From assembly GCF_009914755.1 (NCBI RefSeq), contig NC_060933.1: a DNA stretch of 64,000 nucleotides, one strand, 5' to 3'. Numbering within the stretch: position 1 is the first letter of the stretch; each line of letters starts with the position of its first letter. Below the pieces are notes generated by a model, which made no database searches, had not been told where the DNA came from, and saw nothing but the letters and a program-made list of their open reading frames with translations. The translations under genes and the position numbers were made by a program. Positions 38,976 to 53,880 of the stretch are shown here, one piece after another. The DNA comes from the human T2T-CHM13v2.0 reference genome, Homo sapiens.

Positions 38976-39200
38976 CACGGGTGTCCAATCTTTTGGCTTC
39001 CCTGGGCCACGTTGGAAGAAGAATTGTTTTGGGCCACACATAAAATACACTAACACTAACGATAGTTGATGAGCTAAAAAAAAAAAAAAAATCACAAAAA
39101 AATTCATAATATTTTAAGAAAGTTTACAAATTTGTTTTGGGCAGCATTCAAAGCCGTCCTGGGCCCATACAGCCCACGGGCCATGGACTGGACAAGCTTG
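38976..39200. mobile_element. MER30 (hAT-Charlie), full length
   Basis: cacgggtgtccaatcttttggcttccctgggccac...ggacaagcttg. Perfect 8-bp TSD atgtacat (38968-38975, 39201-39208). Confidence 0.95.
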
Positions 39201-39768
39201 ATGTACATAGTTTTTGTGTTGTCTGTTGAGTCAAAAGAGTGCTATTGATGATTCCATTTAAAATTACTCTAAACTCTGTGAATTTAGATTAAGTAGATTT
39301 GAATCCAACATGACAAATCAAAAATTTAAAAGTTAGCAAAAAAGTTGAGTTTTTAACACTTATATTTAATATTCTATTTACCGGAGCTAATAGTAAACAG
39401 GGAGAATGGTAAAGTTTTAAGGAAGAAGAGACACTGCCAAATAGTGGCATGTAGGACCATACATACTACATTCATTCTTACATGTAGTATGTGGTATGTC
39501 ACTTACATGATTCACTTTTAGACATCTTTTGTTATTGTTGTTTCATATCAGGATCTTTAAAGTGGAGACAGCTTAATGAATTTTAAAGTGAAAAGAAAAT
39601 ATTTCCATTCCATCTTATTATATTTCTTTAAACTCAATTTCTGCTTTATGTTCAGATGCTTCAACCTGGCTGGTAACTTTAAATCTGTCAATTTAGCATA
39701 TGTGTTTATATTGAAATCTCACAGAAATTATGAGCAAAACATGGTCAAATTTTCTTTTTGATCACATT

Positions 39769-40106
<338 letters not shown>

Positions 40107-40406
40107 TTTTTGATCACCTTGGTTAAAGTGATAAGGAGTGAAACTTGAAGATTGCGTAAAAATTGACACTATGAGGAGAACACTTTTTTTCTTTCTTTAT
40201 CTTTTTGTTCTTTGAGAACATCTGTCAGAAAATAATGAACAGTGACTCTGGGAAAATTCAGCTATCCTCTTCCCAAAACCACCTCCAATTGTGCAGTAAT
40301 GTATCTCAGCAAAACTTGGTAATGACAACGAGAGTCATCCCAGTTTGACATCACAGAAACAGGATAATATGGCTGGCTACTTACTTTTATTGTTTGTAAG
40401 TTCATG

Positions 40407-40450
40407 CAAAACAAAACAAAACAAAACAAAAAACAAAAACACAAAAAAAC
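40407..40450. repeat. (CAAAA)n / A-rich simple repeat
   Basis: caaaacaaaacaaaacaaaacaaaaaacaaaaac. Confidence 0.85.
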
Positions 40451-43400
40451 CAAAGTCTTTATTTGCAAGAGAAAAAGATTTATTCAGAGATTACAGTCTA
40501 TATGACCCCATTTCATCTTTTCATAACTAAGAGATGAGTTTTCTTCAACTTTATTAATGCTTAAAGAACACAGATTCCATGCCCTTTACTGTGAGATAAC
40601 AGTAGACACTAGATAATGTTCTTAAAAAGCATTTTGAATGATGAAGTTGGTTTTTAATTAAAGTAAGTTTAATACAATTACAATTATTGCTATTCTCTGT
40701 CTGGATATACAAAAGCCAAGAATAATTAAACAGCTCCTCTCATCCTAACCCCATAGCCTGCTTTACAGAAAAACCTTCTATCTTCTGTTAGAGAATGTCC
40801 CAAGGAGGGAGCTAGAGAGAATATAGAAGAATTACATGGATCACATAATTGTTACAACAAACTAGATGAACATCCAGTTTACCATTATGATTTAGAGGTT
40901 TGGTTCTTCACAGCTGTTAGTTTCATCTTCAGATACTACTTCATATTGAAAACTAAACTTGCATTAATGCAAATGGGTTTTCAGTAAGGTTCCATTAGCT
41001 GTTAAGATTTAAATACAATTTTTGAACACAATCATTCATGTTCTACATAAGCCAATTCCCTCACTGAGAAATTCCTAGGGCCCTACCTTCTCAGTCACTT
41101 CTAGCTGCTAATCCCTGTCATGGGTAAGAGAAGGTGGCTTTTCCTTGATTTCCCCACCAGTTCTCACAAAGAACATTTGTAGACTAAACAGGCTTGACTA
41201 AAAATTTAGGATGGCGGATTGGGTTTACGTAGAGAAACATAATGCCCTTTAGCCATGGTGTCATGTTATCACTGGCTATCTTTTGTCTCAAACTCCAGAC
41301 CCTGCCATGCCATCTGACCCCCTGCTTCTCTTTTCTCCTTATCTTCCTTGATTTCCTGACACCCAAAATACATGTTCATTCCTTACATAGAACAGTTTTC
41401 CTGTTGTCTTTTCCCACACCACTGGCTTAATGTCTGCCTTCTATTCTCAAATGACTTTCCTTTAAAAAAAAGTTAAATTTTAAGAACCTCTGATTGAAGC
41501 TGTATAAGAAGAAATACATATACATATTCTCTCCACCTGCCGCAGACTTTTTAAAATAAGGTTATCTTCAATTAAGTCAAGTACAGTAACCTTTGGGATT
41601 TATATTCTATACATATAATTGAAATTATGACTTCCCATCGAGCAATTTTAATGTATGGCCACATTAAGAAAAAAACTTGTATTTAATGTGAAAACTAATA
41701 GTCATATAGTAAATACAATAAGTAATATTATTAAAAGTCTGTTCAGTACATCTTTAATCTTTAATTGTATAAATGTATGATGATGCTATTAATAACACAT
41801 ATTGATTCATTTTTATTAAATTTTGACAAAGAGTTAATTTTGTCCTAGGATAATCAATACCCTTAAATGGAACAAACTCATATATAATATTGATTTGTAG
41901 AGAGAAAAAAGTCATTGAATTTTTGCTTAGGGGAATAAGTGAAATTATCTATAATATAAATATTGAAAAGTACTAATTCACTTTTTTTCTAGGAAGAAAG
42001 AGACATGGGATATTTCTAGTAATATTGATTTATTAAAAATGTCATACAGGAGCATTTTTGGGGAAAAGAAGAGCTTTTTTTTTTTTTGAAATGATATCTT
42101 TGCAGCAATTAACAGAAAGCTTTTCCTATACTAGGAGCTAAATAAATGTTAATGAACAGAGTAAATCTGGTCATTTGGTTGCATGGAATAAAAAATCCTG
42201 GGCAAACTTGCTCAGATAAGAGTCTAAGCAAACATGAAGACCTGCAGTTGGGCTGAAATACAGTAATGTATGAGACAGTTTCAAGGACTAGCTATTCTAT
42301 TCATGTCTCGGATTGCCATGTGATAATGCTTAACATGCGTTCTGTTCTCTTCTCTCCAAAACCAGCTTTCACTTAGTTTCCCCTCTTTTATAACTTTAGC
42401 TTGCAAATGGGTTAGGTTTGCTACTATCTCTCAGGCTTTCCTGATGTACCTTGTCTTTTTCCACCCCCATTTCCAATTTACTAAGTTTTTAAAATGTTTT
42501 AAATTCCTTAAATAGTAGTATGATTGCCTGGCTCATTCTTTCTCGGGATAATTCATAGGTGGTAGATCACTGGCAGGACTATGCATAGAGAGACATTGGA
42601 TTATCTGCGCATCTAATCCTATCAATTGAAACTGGAGGAGGAGAGCACAAGTTTTGTAGGAATAAAGATTTCCCTTAAAAGGAAGTATTGTCAGGAACAG
42701 GCAGTATAACAGCTCTCAGGAGAGTAGATCGTTATGGATGATCTCTGACCTATAAAAGGGGTATGTTTTACAAATTGAAAGCCAGAGAATACCGTCTTGC
42801 TAAGATTCTCAGAGTGTACCAATAACAACGGCTATCTAATACACGCAGGTAACATTTACAGAATAGAAGTCTCTTCTTGTTTCCTGCCTCCCACCTCTTT
42901 CACACTTACTGTCAATCACTGAATCAAATCATCTCAAATAAATAGGTGCAGTGACATAGCAGAAGAAGGGCATGCACAATTGGGGCTGTTTTGGGGCTTG
43001 GGAGATCATCCATCATGTTAGACATGCATACTAATTAGTTCATGTTGATATGCCCAACATAGCAAATTCTGGGGAAACTGGAGGGGAAGTTTGGGGAAAA
43101 TTAATGTGACCTAGAGTTGTTGCTTGAAGAACATCCCCCCACCTCTTTTTCTCTATCAATGGGAGGAATAAAAGGCTATGCTAATTACATATTTGTTCCC
43201 TCTCTGCGGAGTCTGCATGGACAGCTAGTCTGTTCACATGTAGAGGTGAGGAGGATCACTAAAGACAATGACAGAGAGCAATACACAGAAAATGATTTCA
43301 TGCTAAAAATACCAAATTGTAAGAATGTGGATATCTCAAATATATATTTGAATCAGTCATTTATGTGCTTGCTTTCCTCTGAGATGGTGAAAGCCAATTT

Positions 43401-44632
43401 AGCAGGTGGAGAGAGAGAGAGTCAGAAAATAATCATTTCCAGAAACAGCAGGTGAATCATGCATATTTTTATATTCACATATATACACTCACAATGCAGA
43501 TAGCTTGAAAAAATATTTATCCCTCAGATAACTAGATGATCTACATACCTCATAGTATATTCCATTTTGTCTAGTTGCTATCAATAACTAAAAAAATAAC
43601 CACACAATATATTTAAATTAGGATGCAAAACAGATACCTATTATCACACTGTACCAAATATAGAAAGTAAATGCGATAGTCGAGGAAAGATAATCTGTTT
43701 CATTTATGTTGGAGATGAAAACAAAATTAAGAAAATAGAAGTAAGAAAAAAAAAAAAAAACCTCTATACTGAGCTTGGGAGTCTCTCCCCAGGATTACGT
43801 TGTTCAACATTTTCTAGTGATGCTAAGGATAGAAACAACCAGCTCTTGAACTTTGAAGTAATTGGTTCACAGCTGTGCTTATACTGAGATGGAAATATGA
43901 AAATACATTTGTACAGAGGAGGGTTTTTTTTTTGGTAGTTGTAATGAAAGAGTTGTCAAATTAAACGCAAACTGCTGTAAGTAAAATAAATTACATGTGG
44001 AAATTCAATTCCTGATACTTTCATCAAGTGGATACATGTGCTATATTTCCAGAAAGAATGCTAACATTAATCATAAAAAGAACTCTTACGCTGTGTTATT
44101 CTCTTATGTTAGTTAGTGTTAAGGAAGCAAAAGTGATCTAAAGTGATTGTTAGATATTTTTGTATCCAAAAAGCATGGATAAGACACTGAATCGGTGGAA
44201 CACAGAGCACTTCAAGCATTTATTAAATGTTTGAGCTGTTCGGGAGGGACATAAAGAGTACAAAGACCACATTTCTGGCTGCAGAGATACTTCAAATATA
44301 CCTGGGAAGGCAAGATTATCACATTTGAGAGAGATAATATAGAATACATAGATAATCAGAAGAGCAAGATCAGTGGGGCTGAAATAATAAGAAAAGGCTT
44401 TGTAGGTGACATAGAATAAGGGCTTGAAATGTGGCTGCAGAGTAACAGAAAGGCAGAAAGAAGGCACTTTAGGGGGCATATGTCTGTAAAGTCCATGGAG
44501 CAAAGAATGCAAACAGGCACATGAGGAGGGGAGAGGATGGAGTAAAGACAGAGAGAGTATGGATTGTTTAGGGGAGAATAAAAGCTACATAGAGAGCATT
44601 GGGCTCTCTATATGGGCTACTTGGAAACAATG

Positions 44633-44695
44633 ATATATAAATATATATAAAACATATATATTATATAGTATATTATATATATATATATATATATA
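44633..44695. repeat. (TA)n-rich microsatellite
   Basis: Visible directly. Confidence 0.85.
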
Positions 44696-45699
44696 AAGTC
44701 TGCAATGCAATCACAAGTGGCCACATGATGAAAGGTGGGACTTAACGCAGAATTAATATAAAAGAAAAGCACTGGTCTGGAAATGTAAAGAAGATCTGAA
44801 ACTTATTCCAGCTGTATGACTAACATACCATGTAATCTTGAACGTGCCACTTGGTTTCCTGACAGTTGATAGATATTTCCAACTCCAATATTAACCAATA
44901 ATTTATAATACATTCATATGAGGTCAAAATTTAAAATTAGCTAAAGGAAAACACTAATTTGTAGATGTGGTTGGAAAATAATTCCTCTAAGTAAAATTAT
45001 TAGGAAATTCAGATATATTTGCCAATAGTATATATTACTTAAACACTGGAACACCTAATGCTAAAGAGAAGAAAATATTGATGGAATAGAATATTTCATA
45101 GTCTCTTCGATCCTCAATGTCGTGCGTTCCACCAGATTAGAATCTATGTGAGGGGGAGGAACTATGACTAAGCTAGTCTGTACATTTAATAATGCCTGGC
45201 ACAAAGAAAATGCTTAATTTTATCAATGTTGAAAGAAAATGCCTAAGTGTATATGCCCGTAATGTATACTTCATATTAAGTTTTATCAGAAATAAAAACA
45301 TAGATCTCGTCATCAATTTTAAAAATTTACTTAAGTCTCACTCCAAAATGATAATTCTATCATAGTTGCTTAACAATAAAACAGACATGATCTCAGTTGT
45401 TGCTGTACTTCAGGAACCTACAATTAAGATGGCTCATATAAAATTAGCCAAAAAACAAAAAGAGGATTGATGGAACTGAGAAGTATTTATGTCTAGGTGA
45501 AAGTGATCTTCCAAGGGTATGTGTACAAATGTGAAGCAAGCATCAGGTCAGTATTCTAAAAGTTCTAGTTTAATGTGAAATAGTCTGTTAATCACCTAGT
45601 TGATTTATCTAGTGGGGATTTCATAATAGTTTCCCTAACTTTTCCATCTGTCAAGTTCAGAAGTGACAGAATAAAATATTTGATGGTCTGGTGGGAAGA

Positions 45700-45947
45700 T
45701 CAGGAAGAAATCAGTTACGAGAAATAAATGGGTCTGCCACTTTCTCTTGTGGGGTTTGGATATGTCTCCTTATCTCTCTGTGCCTGTGTTAACTCCATCT
45801 ATAAAATGGATCTAATCATGTTACCTTTTTCATTGGTAGATATCAGAGATTATTCAAATCACTGACCACATTGCCTGGTACACAGAAAGCATTTAATACA
45901 TATTAGTGTCTATTATTATCATGATCATCATCATCATCATCCTCATC
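45700..45947 (+). mobile_element. MIR with a (CAT)n tail-derived repeat
   Basis: tctctctgtgcctgtgttaactccatctataaaatgga...tgcctggtacacagaaagcatttaata, then atcatcatcatcatcatc. Confidence 0.65.
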
Positions 45948-48900
45948 CCAACCATGTTGCTTTGTTCAGAAGTGCAGAGAAAATAAAGATCTTCCAAGGT
46001 ACCATTAAGACAAGTAAATAGTAGTACTAGGTAAGAAATCAACATTAGATGCTTACCAATATGAGCATATAATTCAAAATAAGTTAATAGTAATTTTTAA
46101 AAAAAACCTTATGAAGGTAGAGTAATTGGAAATGTGATCTTATGTTTCAGCTTACAAAATGAATAAAATGCACCTGTTTCAAAAGCAAAGACTTCACCTG
46201 TCTCTATACTCTTAATATATGCTCATCTTGTAGTTAACTGCAGCTCAGACTAATATTAATATTCTCCAACTGACAAAATTACATCAACTGAAAATTTGGT
46301 TTTTGCCTGATATTCCGTGTTAGCTTTGCTATTTTCAACTGAAATAAGCATTTTGAAAAAGCCTTAAAAAGTCATTGTCATTCCTGATTGCAGTTCATAT
46401 TACATTACCTGTAGAATTTCATCCCCAGTTGAATTACTCATCACCAATCTGATCATTCTTCCATAATTAGACTCTTTTGGTGAAGGATAAACTCTGAATG
46501 TTAATATGAGAACACTAGATTTAGAGTGAAGAACAAGATTGAAGGCAATTTTTGAACTTATCATTAAAATTTTTACCTTTATTGTCATAGAAATTATTTC
46601 TCACTACGTGTTTTTAACGGGTAGTGTACAGTAGACACAAACCCATCTTTTCACTTGTATATTAAGACATTACCTTACTAAGTCTGTTTGAATTGTTCTT
46701 CCTTGGAACAGTCTTTTAAAGCTGGTATTTATTTTAAATTAAATAATCAATATAAAGGACTTATGAATTTAACAGTGTTAAAATACAATAATATGCTATT
46801 TTGACCAAATGTTACACACATCAATCACATATTCATTGTTTCTTTCTTTACTTTTTTATTCCTTTCTCATTCACTTTTGGCCCAAGAAGCATAGAAATGA
46901 ATTATACCTTGGAGAAAAATTCATTCAATCCTCTCTTTTACAAATGAGGACCCAGAAACTAGAAAAACGTAGATGTCTAAACTTCAAAGCAATTTGGACT
47001 TTCAACTTTTGCAACAAAAAACACAACTCAGCATCTAATGAAATGTAACATGTTCAAATACACACTAACAAGGGAGTATGATAACATAATATTCATTTCC
47101 AATAATAGGAGAGATCATAAACTTGGATAAAATAACTTTCAAAAAAGAAAGAAAGAAATCTAAGAAATTGGAATTTCAGGAAAAAATGCACAAACTCAAA
47201 AAAAGATGTTAAAAAGAATATTACATATATTTCCATCACAGGTTAAAGATACGACACACACATAATCTTTTATTTTCATTATTACGGAGAAATGCAAAGA
47301 TATAAGCTTTGTAACCGCCTCATAAGAGAAACAAAGATAGGCTCTTTGATGTATCTTTCTAAAGCTACTTCCTCATGTATCTTCCTCCAGAGAGAGTTAC
47401 ACATGTTTAGCTCTGATGTTATCTCTGGAAAGAATGTAGAGATGTTGGTCATACAGATAAAAGAATGATACACATTCTCAAGGCAGAATCCTTTGCCCAT
47501 GTGAGTTGGAACTCAGGGAAGAATGTTGTGCTATCAACTTTTGGGTTCCTAAATAGAAACTGAATCATAAACTTTTCAAGGAGCATATGGCCTGACGTCG
47601 CACAGTGATCTTGATGTCCAACCAGGTGATGATGGTGGACAGGCTGGCTACATAGTTCTTTACTCCAGGACCAATTTCCATGCCCTTCCCATATCCCTAA
47701 ATGATAAAGTTCATTATTTCAACCCATATTAAGCAAATTATTCTCTATATGGGTTGGCAGGTAATATGTGTTCTGGGATGAGGATAATCATGCTTTGTAT
47801 ACAAAACCACATTTGATCCAGGCAGAAATATGCTAATATTTTTTAAATGATAAATATCTATGAGATATATTATATAACTGCTTTACCTTATATGTGCCTG
47901 TCAACTTTTAAAGTAAGCTCACTTTTAAAACGCCCTTGAAATTTATACTTTAATAATTGTCATAAATTATGATTATTAAATTATTTGACTTTAAGTCTCA
48001 TCTTTGTGATAGTTTATATGAGTAAGACATTTTTCAGTGATGGCTCCCTGTTGTGAACTTCGACAGCTATTATTATGCTGTTCATTTGACAGAATATATA
48101 TAACAGCTGTATATTTTTTACACATATCTTTATATAAACTAATAGTTCTTTAAGGGAAGACCTATATAGGGACAATTTAAAAATTTTTAAAAGCAAAATA
48201 CATTGTCAAAAATTTTCTACACATAACAGAGTGGAGGCTGACCTAGGGGGTCAATGGGCTGTACTTTCCCAACATTTCTTTCCCAACCTTGGAAACAGGG
48301 AAAGAGGAATGCTTTCTGAGAAAGAAACTATGAAGTAAATCAGAGATTGGGACAGAAATAAGTGATGCCACCATTAACTGACAAAATGCAACATTATGTC
48401 CAATCACTATAACTAAAGAAACAATGTATCCAAAATTGTAGTCAGCAATGAAAGCAGGGTAAAGGGAAAATCTGAGAGGCAGGTGTTGGCAGTGTGTCCT
48501 CTCCTGCAGGTAGGGGGTGCTCTGTTGTACTTCTATCTTCAAAAAGAAGACTTTAATAGATCATTAACAAGAGCCATTCAAATCATCTAACTCTTCTTGT
48601 TCTGATTTTATGCATGCCAAGAACACTCCCAGTTACAATTTTCTTCCCATATAGCCAGGGGATGATTTTACTTAGAGTTATGTTTCTCACTTTAAATTAA
48701 TAAATGAAAATGTTGGTTTAAATTCTAGTCTCTGAGAATTTGCTTAATATGAATCTACCTTTAAGTGATGGACAACCTGACAAATCGCATACGTGAACCT
48801 GCAAATTTGAAGGCCAAGACTTGTCCTGTGATGACTTTGCCAAGAAGATGCCACTCTCTGGGGGAGATTTCTGGGCAGCCAGTTGGCTTTCCTCAACGGC

Positions 48901-49854
48901 AAAAGGCTTGCTGGACAATGACCCTTTTCATTTAAATTGTTCTCTTGATAACTATATTATGAGTTATCTTGCTAACTACATTATAAGTTTCTCTATCATA
49001 GGTACAAATTACCTCACACTTTGTGCTTCTACCCCAGCAGGTACTAAATAAACAGAGGTTGTTATGATGTAATAAAATGCAACCATAAAATTATAAAATT
49101 GCGGAATTTTACTTTCTTCATACATTCTTTTCCTGTCTAAAAAACACATGCATTAAGAGGAGATAACTTTGATCAAAACAACAACCTATGTATTTATTCA
49201 GAAGACTTTTTTGTTTCATGTACAAATTGCTCCATTCAAATAAAAAATTACATCTGAAAAATATCCCCATACAATGACAAATAGTCATTATGGAAAAGCT
49301 GCTAATTTCGTGTTTATTTATTGTTCATCACAGCCTCTAGAGCAATGCTCAGTGCTAGTGCAAAGAATTATTCTTATGTTCAAATTCTTGCTGTATCATA
49401 TTTAGAAGACAAGGTTTAACAGAATGTAGGCTTAATAGTCTATTCCATGTTAGGAATTCCATTCTTAAGAATATGTGGTACCTCTGGCACATGTCTAATT
49501 CAGATTGCAGCAAGATGAAAATAGGTATCTGAAAGGCATATTTTAAACAACGAGTTGATTTGCATATTAATGCCTGAATACTGAACGAAACTATTTTAGA
49601 ATTTTACAAAACAAGAAAGGCTTTAGGTTTTTTTAGTTAAAAAACATTTTAATTTTTTAAATCTAATGTTTTTATATTTTATAAGATATTCTTTTTCACA
49701 GAAACTGGTAGAAAGATACAGAAAAGTTATATTACCTAAAAATTCCCAGCTAAACTATTGGTATAAAATTAACTTTCCAAGCTCTTCAGCATTTATTCAA
49801 AATTTTTAAAATCTAAAGCCTTCTCATTATCAATATTTGTTTTCAAAACTTCCT

Positions 49855-50086
49855 TTTTTCCAATTTCTTTTCTATTATACTTTAAAGTTTTGGGACACAT
49901 GTGCAGAACGTGCAGGTTTGTTACATAGGTATACACATGCCATGGTGGCTTGCTGCAACCATCAACCCATCATCTACATTAGGTATTTCTCCTAATGCCA
50001 TCTCTCCCCTACCCCCTCACCCCTCGACAGGCCCTGGTGTGTGATATTCCCCTCCCTGTGTCCATGTGTTCTCATTATTCAACTCC
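49855..50086 (-). mobile_element. Very short L1PA7/8-like 3' UTR insertion
   Basis: catgtgcagaacgtgcaggtttgttacataggtatacac...ttctcattattcaactccca. TSD caaaactt[c/t]ct at 49844-49854 and 50087-50097. Confidence 0.9.
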
Positions 50087-50364
50087 CAAAACTTTCTATC
50101 AAAGAGTGGCCAAAAATGTTACATGAGAAAAATCGCAAGATTCCTGCTACTTTAAGGATGACATATTGTGCTGAAGAATCTAACGACAAATGGTCATATC
50201 CTCTGTTGAGCTATAAATGGAAAATACACTTTAATCTTGTCAGTTGCCAGTGCCATTGGGAGGGCTTCTCCATAGGCATGAACAACACAATGACCTATAG
50301 CTGAAAATCAACTGAAAAGAATTTTTCATGTTAATAGAGGAAGCATGTAAAAAGCTAGGTGAGA

Positions 50365-50815
<451 letters not shown>

Positions 50816-52966
50816 TTATTTACATCAACTTAATTACCAAGAAACACTTAGAATAGCTACTGAATATTTGCTTACGTAAGTAATTGTACAGTTGTTTCTC
50901 AAAAAACCTAAGAACATTGCTTATTACCCTAAATGATTGCTTCAGAATGAAAGATGCTCACTACTTTGAGACTATAGCAATGGAACATCATGGAAGCTTT
51001 TAGTAGCAAAGTGAAATACAGTGGATATAATAACACCATTGGTTTTAGGTCAATTTATACCAATATATATAATCATAAATATGAAGACTCTTTTTTACAT
51101 GCTAATCTATTTTGGAAGCCTTTTATCATTCAGCAGCAAACATACTTTAATTGGGTAGGCTGTATGTAAATTTATTTCAAGATAGGAGTGACTGTGAGAA
51201 GACATTAGCAATACAAAGTCTCAGTAAGAGAGATAGATAAATGGCACTCTAGGAAAGAGTGAAAAATAACAGATTTAATTTGAGGTAAGGCACTCTAGAA
51301 ACCGCTAAAGACAGTAAAGTGATACTGACTGATGGGGATGACTGGCTGAAATGGAGGAAAATTAACAGCCCATAATCAATATGTGGATAAATGCCTCCCG
51401 TTTAAGACAGAAAAACAGATGTTGCATCAGAAAGTCCATGATACTATGTGCATATAAGATATGGAATGAAATCCAAGACTATAATATGAAGTAACCAATT
51501 TCTTTTCTCAGAACACTGAAGATTTGCTTTAGAAGAGGGTTATGTTATTTTGTGACTATTTAAATCTCTTTTTAACCTTTTAATTATGCTTATTATACAT
51601 TATGGATAAAATATTACCAAAAATTAGTTCAAATGTAGGAATGACACCGAATGCTACAAGTAGTAGTTAACCTGAAATCCATTATCCAAAGTTGTTCAGT
51701 TAATGGGATCTATCCCCATGCAATATATTAATTACTGCTACAGACTTGGTGGGTGCGTGATCACACTGTGAGTTAATACAGAGTACGGAATTCAATATCT
51801 GTTAGAACTAAAGAGCTATGAATTGAATAGAGTTGGCCCCAGCTGGAAAGCTGTTGGACATGCTGTTGGAAAACAATTATATTTCCTTACTTATAGGAAT
51901 TAATACCACCAGAATAAACACAAGTCAATGGTAGCTATGCGAAGTAACAAGAAAGGATTCACTTAAAAATAAATTTCATTGACAAATAAATGATTTTTCA
52001 TGAGCTGTTACATTCCTGAAGAAGGCATATAATTCATTTTACCCAGCTAATCATTAGAATAAACTACTAGTGAAGAAAACAGTGATAGTAACAGCAGTTT
52101 TTGAACCTAAATACACAGACCTCTTCTAACAATACAAGTTTCATTCTCTTCAATATTGAATGTGGTATGTATACAAAAGCTTTCCTTATAAAAGGTAGTT
52201 GTAAATATGTTTTTAAGGAAATACATTAAATGTTTTGCTAATTGTTTTTCAAATCAAGAAAGGAAAAATAAAATTGTAGTAAATATTTATGTGTATATAT
52301 ATATATATATCACAAAATATATAATGCAGTTGTAGATTGTGGCCACTTAATGCAAAAATGGTGTTTCTGGTGTTTTTCCTGGCCCCACCAGCCTTTCTTC
52401 CTTTCAGCTGCTCTATTTAACCTCCATCTGTAGGCTCAGCCTGACTCAGGGCCCTGAGATGAATGTTACTTTAGGCAGATGGGCTCTGAAAGAAATCCTT
52501 TGTTAGAAACTCTCCATTCAGTTGTTGCTCCAACGTGAACTCATTATCCCCCCAGGGCGCAGGTGTCTGTTAGTACCCCATCTCCTCCTTTGTGAACCCC
52601 ACTTCCCACTGACTGCATTACTATTCAGTGCCCATGCTCAGACACAGACATTAGTAGCCTGGTTTCCTGGCACTTGTCCTGCTGGTAATAGATGGACATC
52701 TGCCAATACTAGGATTTTGGACTTCCACTTACTGCTTGGCTGACCCACTTGAATTGACATCCTGGTTTTGTATCTTGAGTTTAGATCTTGGATAATAGTG
52801 TTTATGCTTTACTTGACCTTAGACTAATCTTCTAATTTGGAACCTGAGGGCTGGAATGATCACTTCTTATACCCCTTTCTGTATTAAAGGATACCTGTTT
52901 GCATTTGCATAAGGAAAATAATGATATATGTAGACTGAAAGAATTCTCAAACACTTCAAGATTTTA

Positions 52967-53277
52967 TTTATTATTATTATTATTTTTATTTTCCAAGACA
53001 GGGCCTCACTCTTGTCACCCAGGCTGGAGTTCAGTGTCGCAATCTCGACTCACAGCAACTTCCACCTCCTGGGTTCAAGTGATTCTCCTGCCTCAGCCTC
53101 TCCAGTAGCTGGGATTACAGGCATGTGCCACCATGCCCAGTTATTTTTTATATTTTTAGTAGAGACAGGATTTTGCCATATTGGTCAGGATGATCTCAAA
53201 CTCCTGACCTCAAGTGATCCACCCGTCTTGGCCTCCCAAAGTGCTGGGATTACAGGTGTGAGCCACCACACCCAGCC
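52967..53277 (-). mobile_element. AluS (Sx/Sz-like)
   Basis: Antisense Alu with a (TTA)n-type tail. TSD aagatttta at 52958-52966 and 53278-53286. Confidence 0.93.
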
Positions 53278-53880
53278 AAGATTTTAAGAGAAAAGTTTTT
53301 CAGTAGCATAGAAATGACAGGAATATTGGACAATATCCTTCTTAATAATGAAAAGATTGACAGATGTTGTGGTCAAGTGATATTCAAGCAATACTGTCAT
53401 GCTTTATAGAACTCCCACATGTAGTTTATTATAACATATTTTCATGTAGTATTTCCCTGGGTCCCTGACTATTTTATGCCACTTTACTTGAATTTTAAAA
53501 AGAGGTGGAGAAGATGGGGAAAATAAATTTGTATACTATTTTTTGTTTAAGATGATGATACAGGGTTAAAAGGAAAAGTAGAGAAAAAATACTAACAGGA
53601 GTAATGTTAGTAAATAAAATGTATTATAGGTGACGAGATTAATACATATTTGGCTATATGCTTTCTAATATGGTCAAAGAAATGAAGAAACATGATTGGC
53701 TACATGTGTATGGAAGGGAAAAGTAGAGCTGTTGCTTAAAGAAAGTACAGCCTTTTTGGGGATACTGAGTCCTGTGAAAACCACTTCCTAGTAATCTTGA
53801 TGTAAAATTGCTGTTGAACAAAATGTGGTTACCTGAGTATCTTCCAAGGCAGTCTCACAAATTGTATATCTCTGACTTTT

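Noticed and set aside
42751-42758. TATAAAAG box
   Set aside because: No CpG enrichment or other promoter context. Such matches are common in AT-rich DNA.
52380-52870. GC-richer block that may be an ancient LTR remnant
   Set aside because: I cannot assign a family or termini by eye. A Dfam search is needed.
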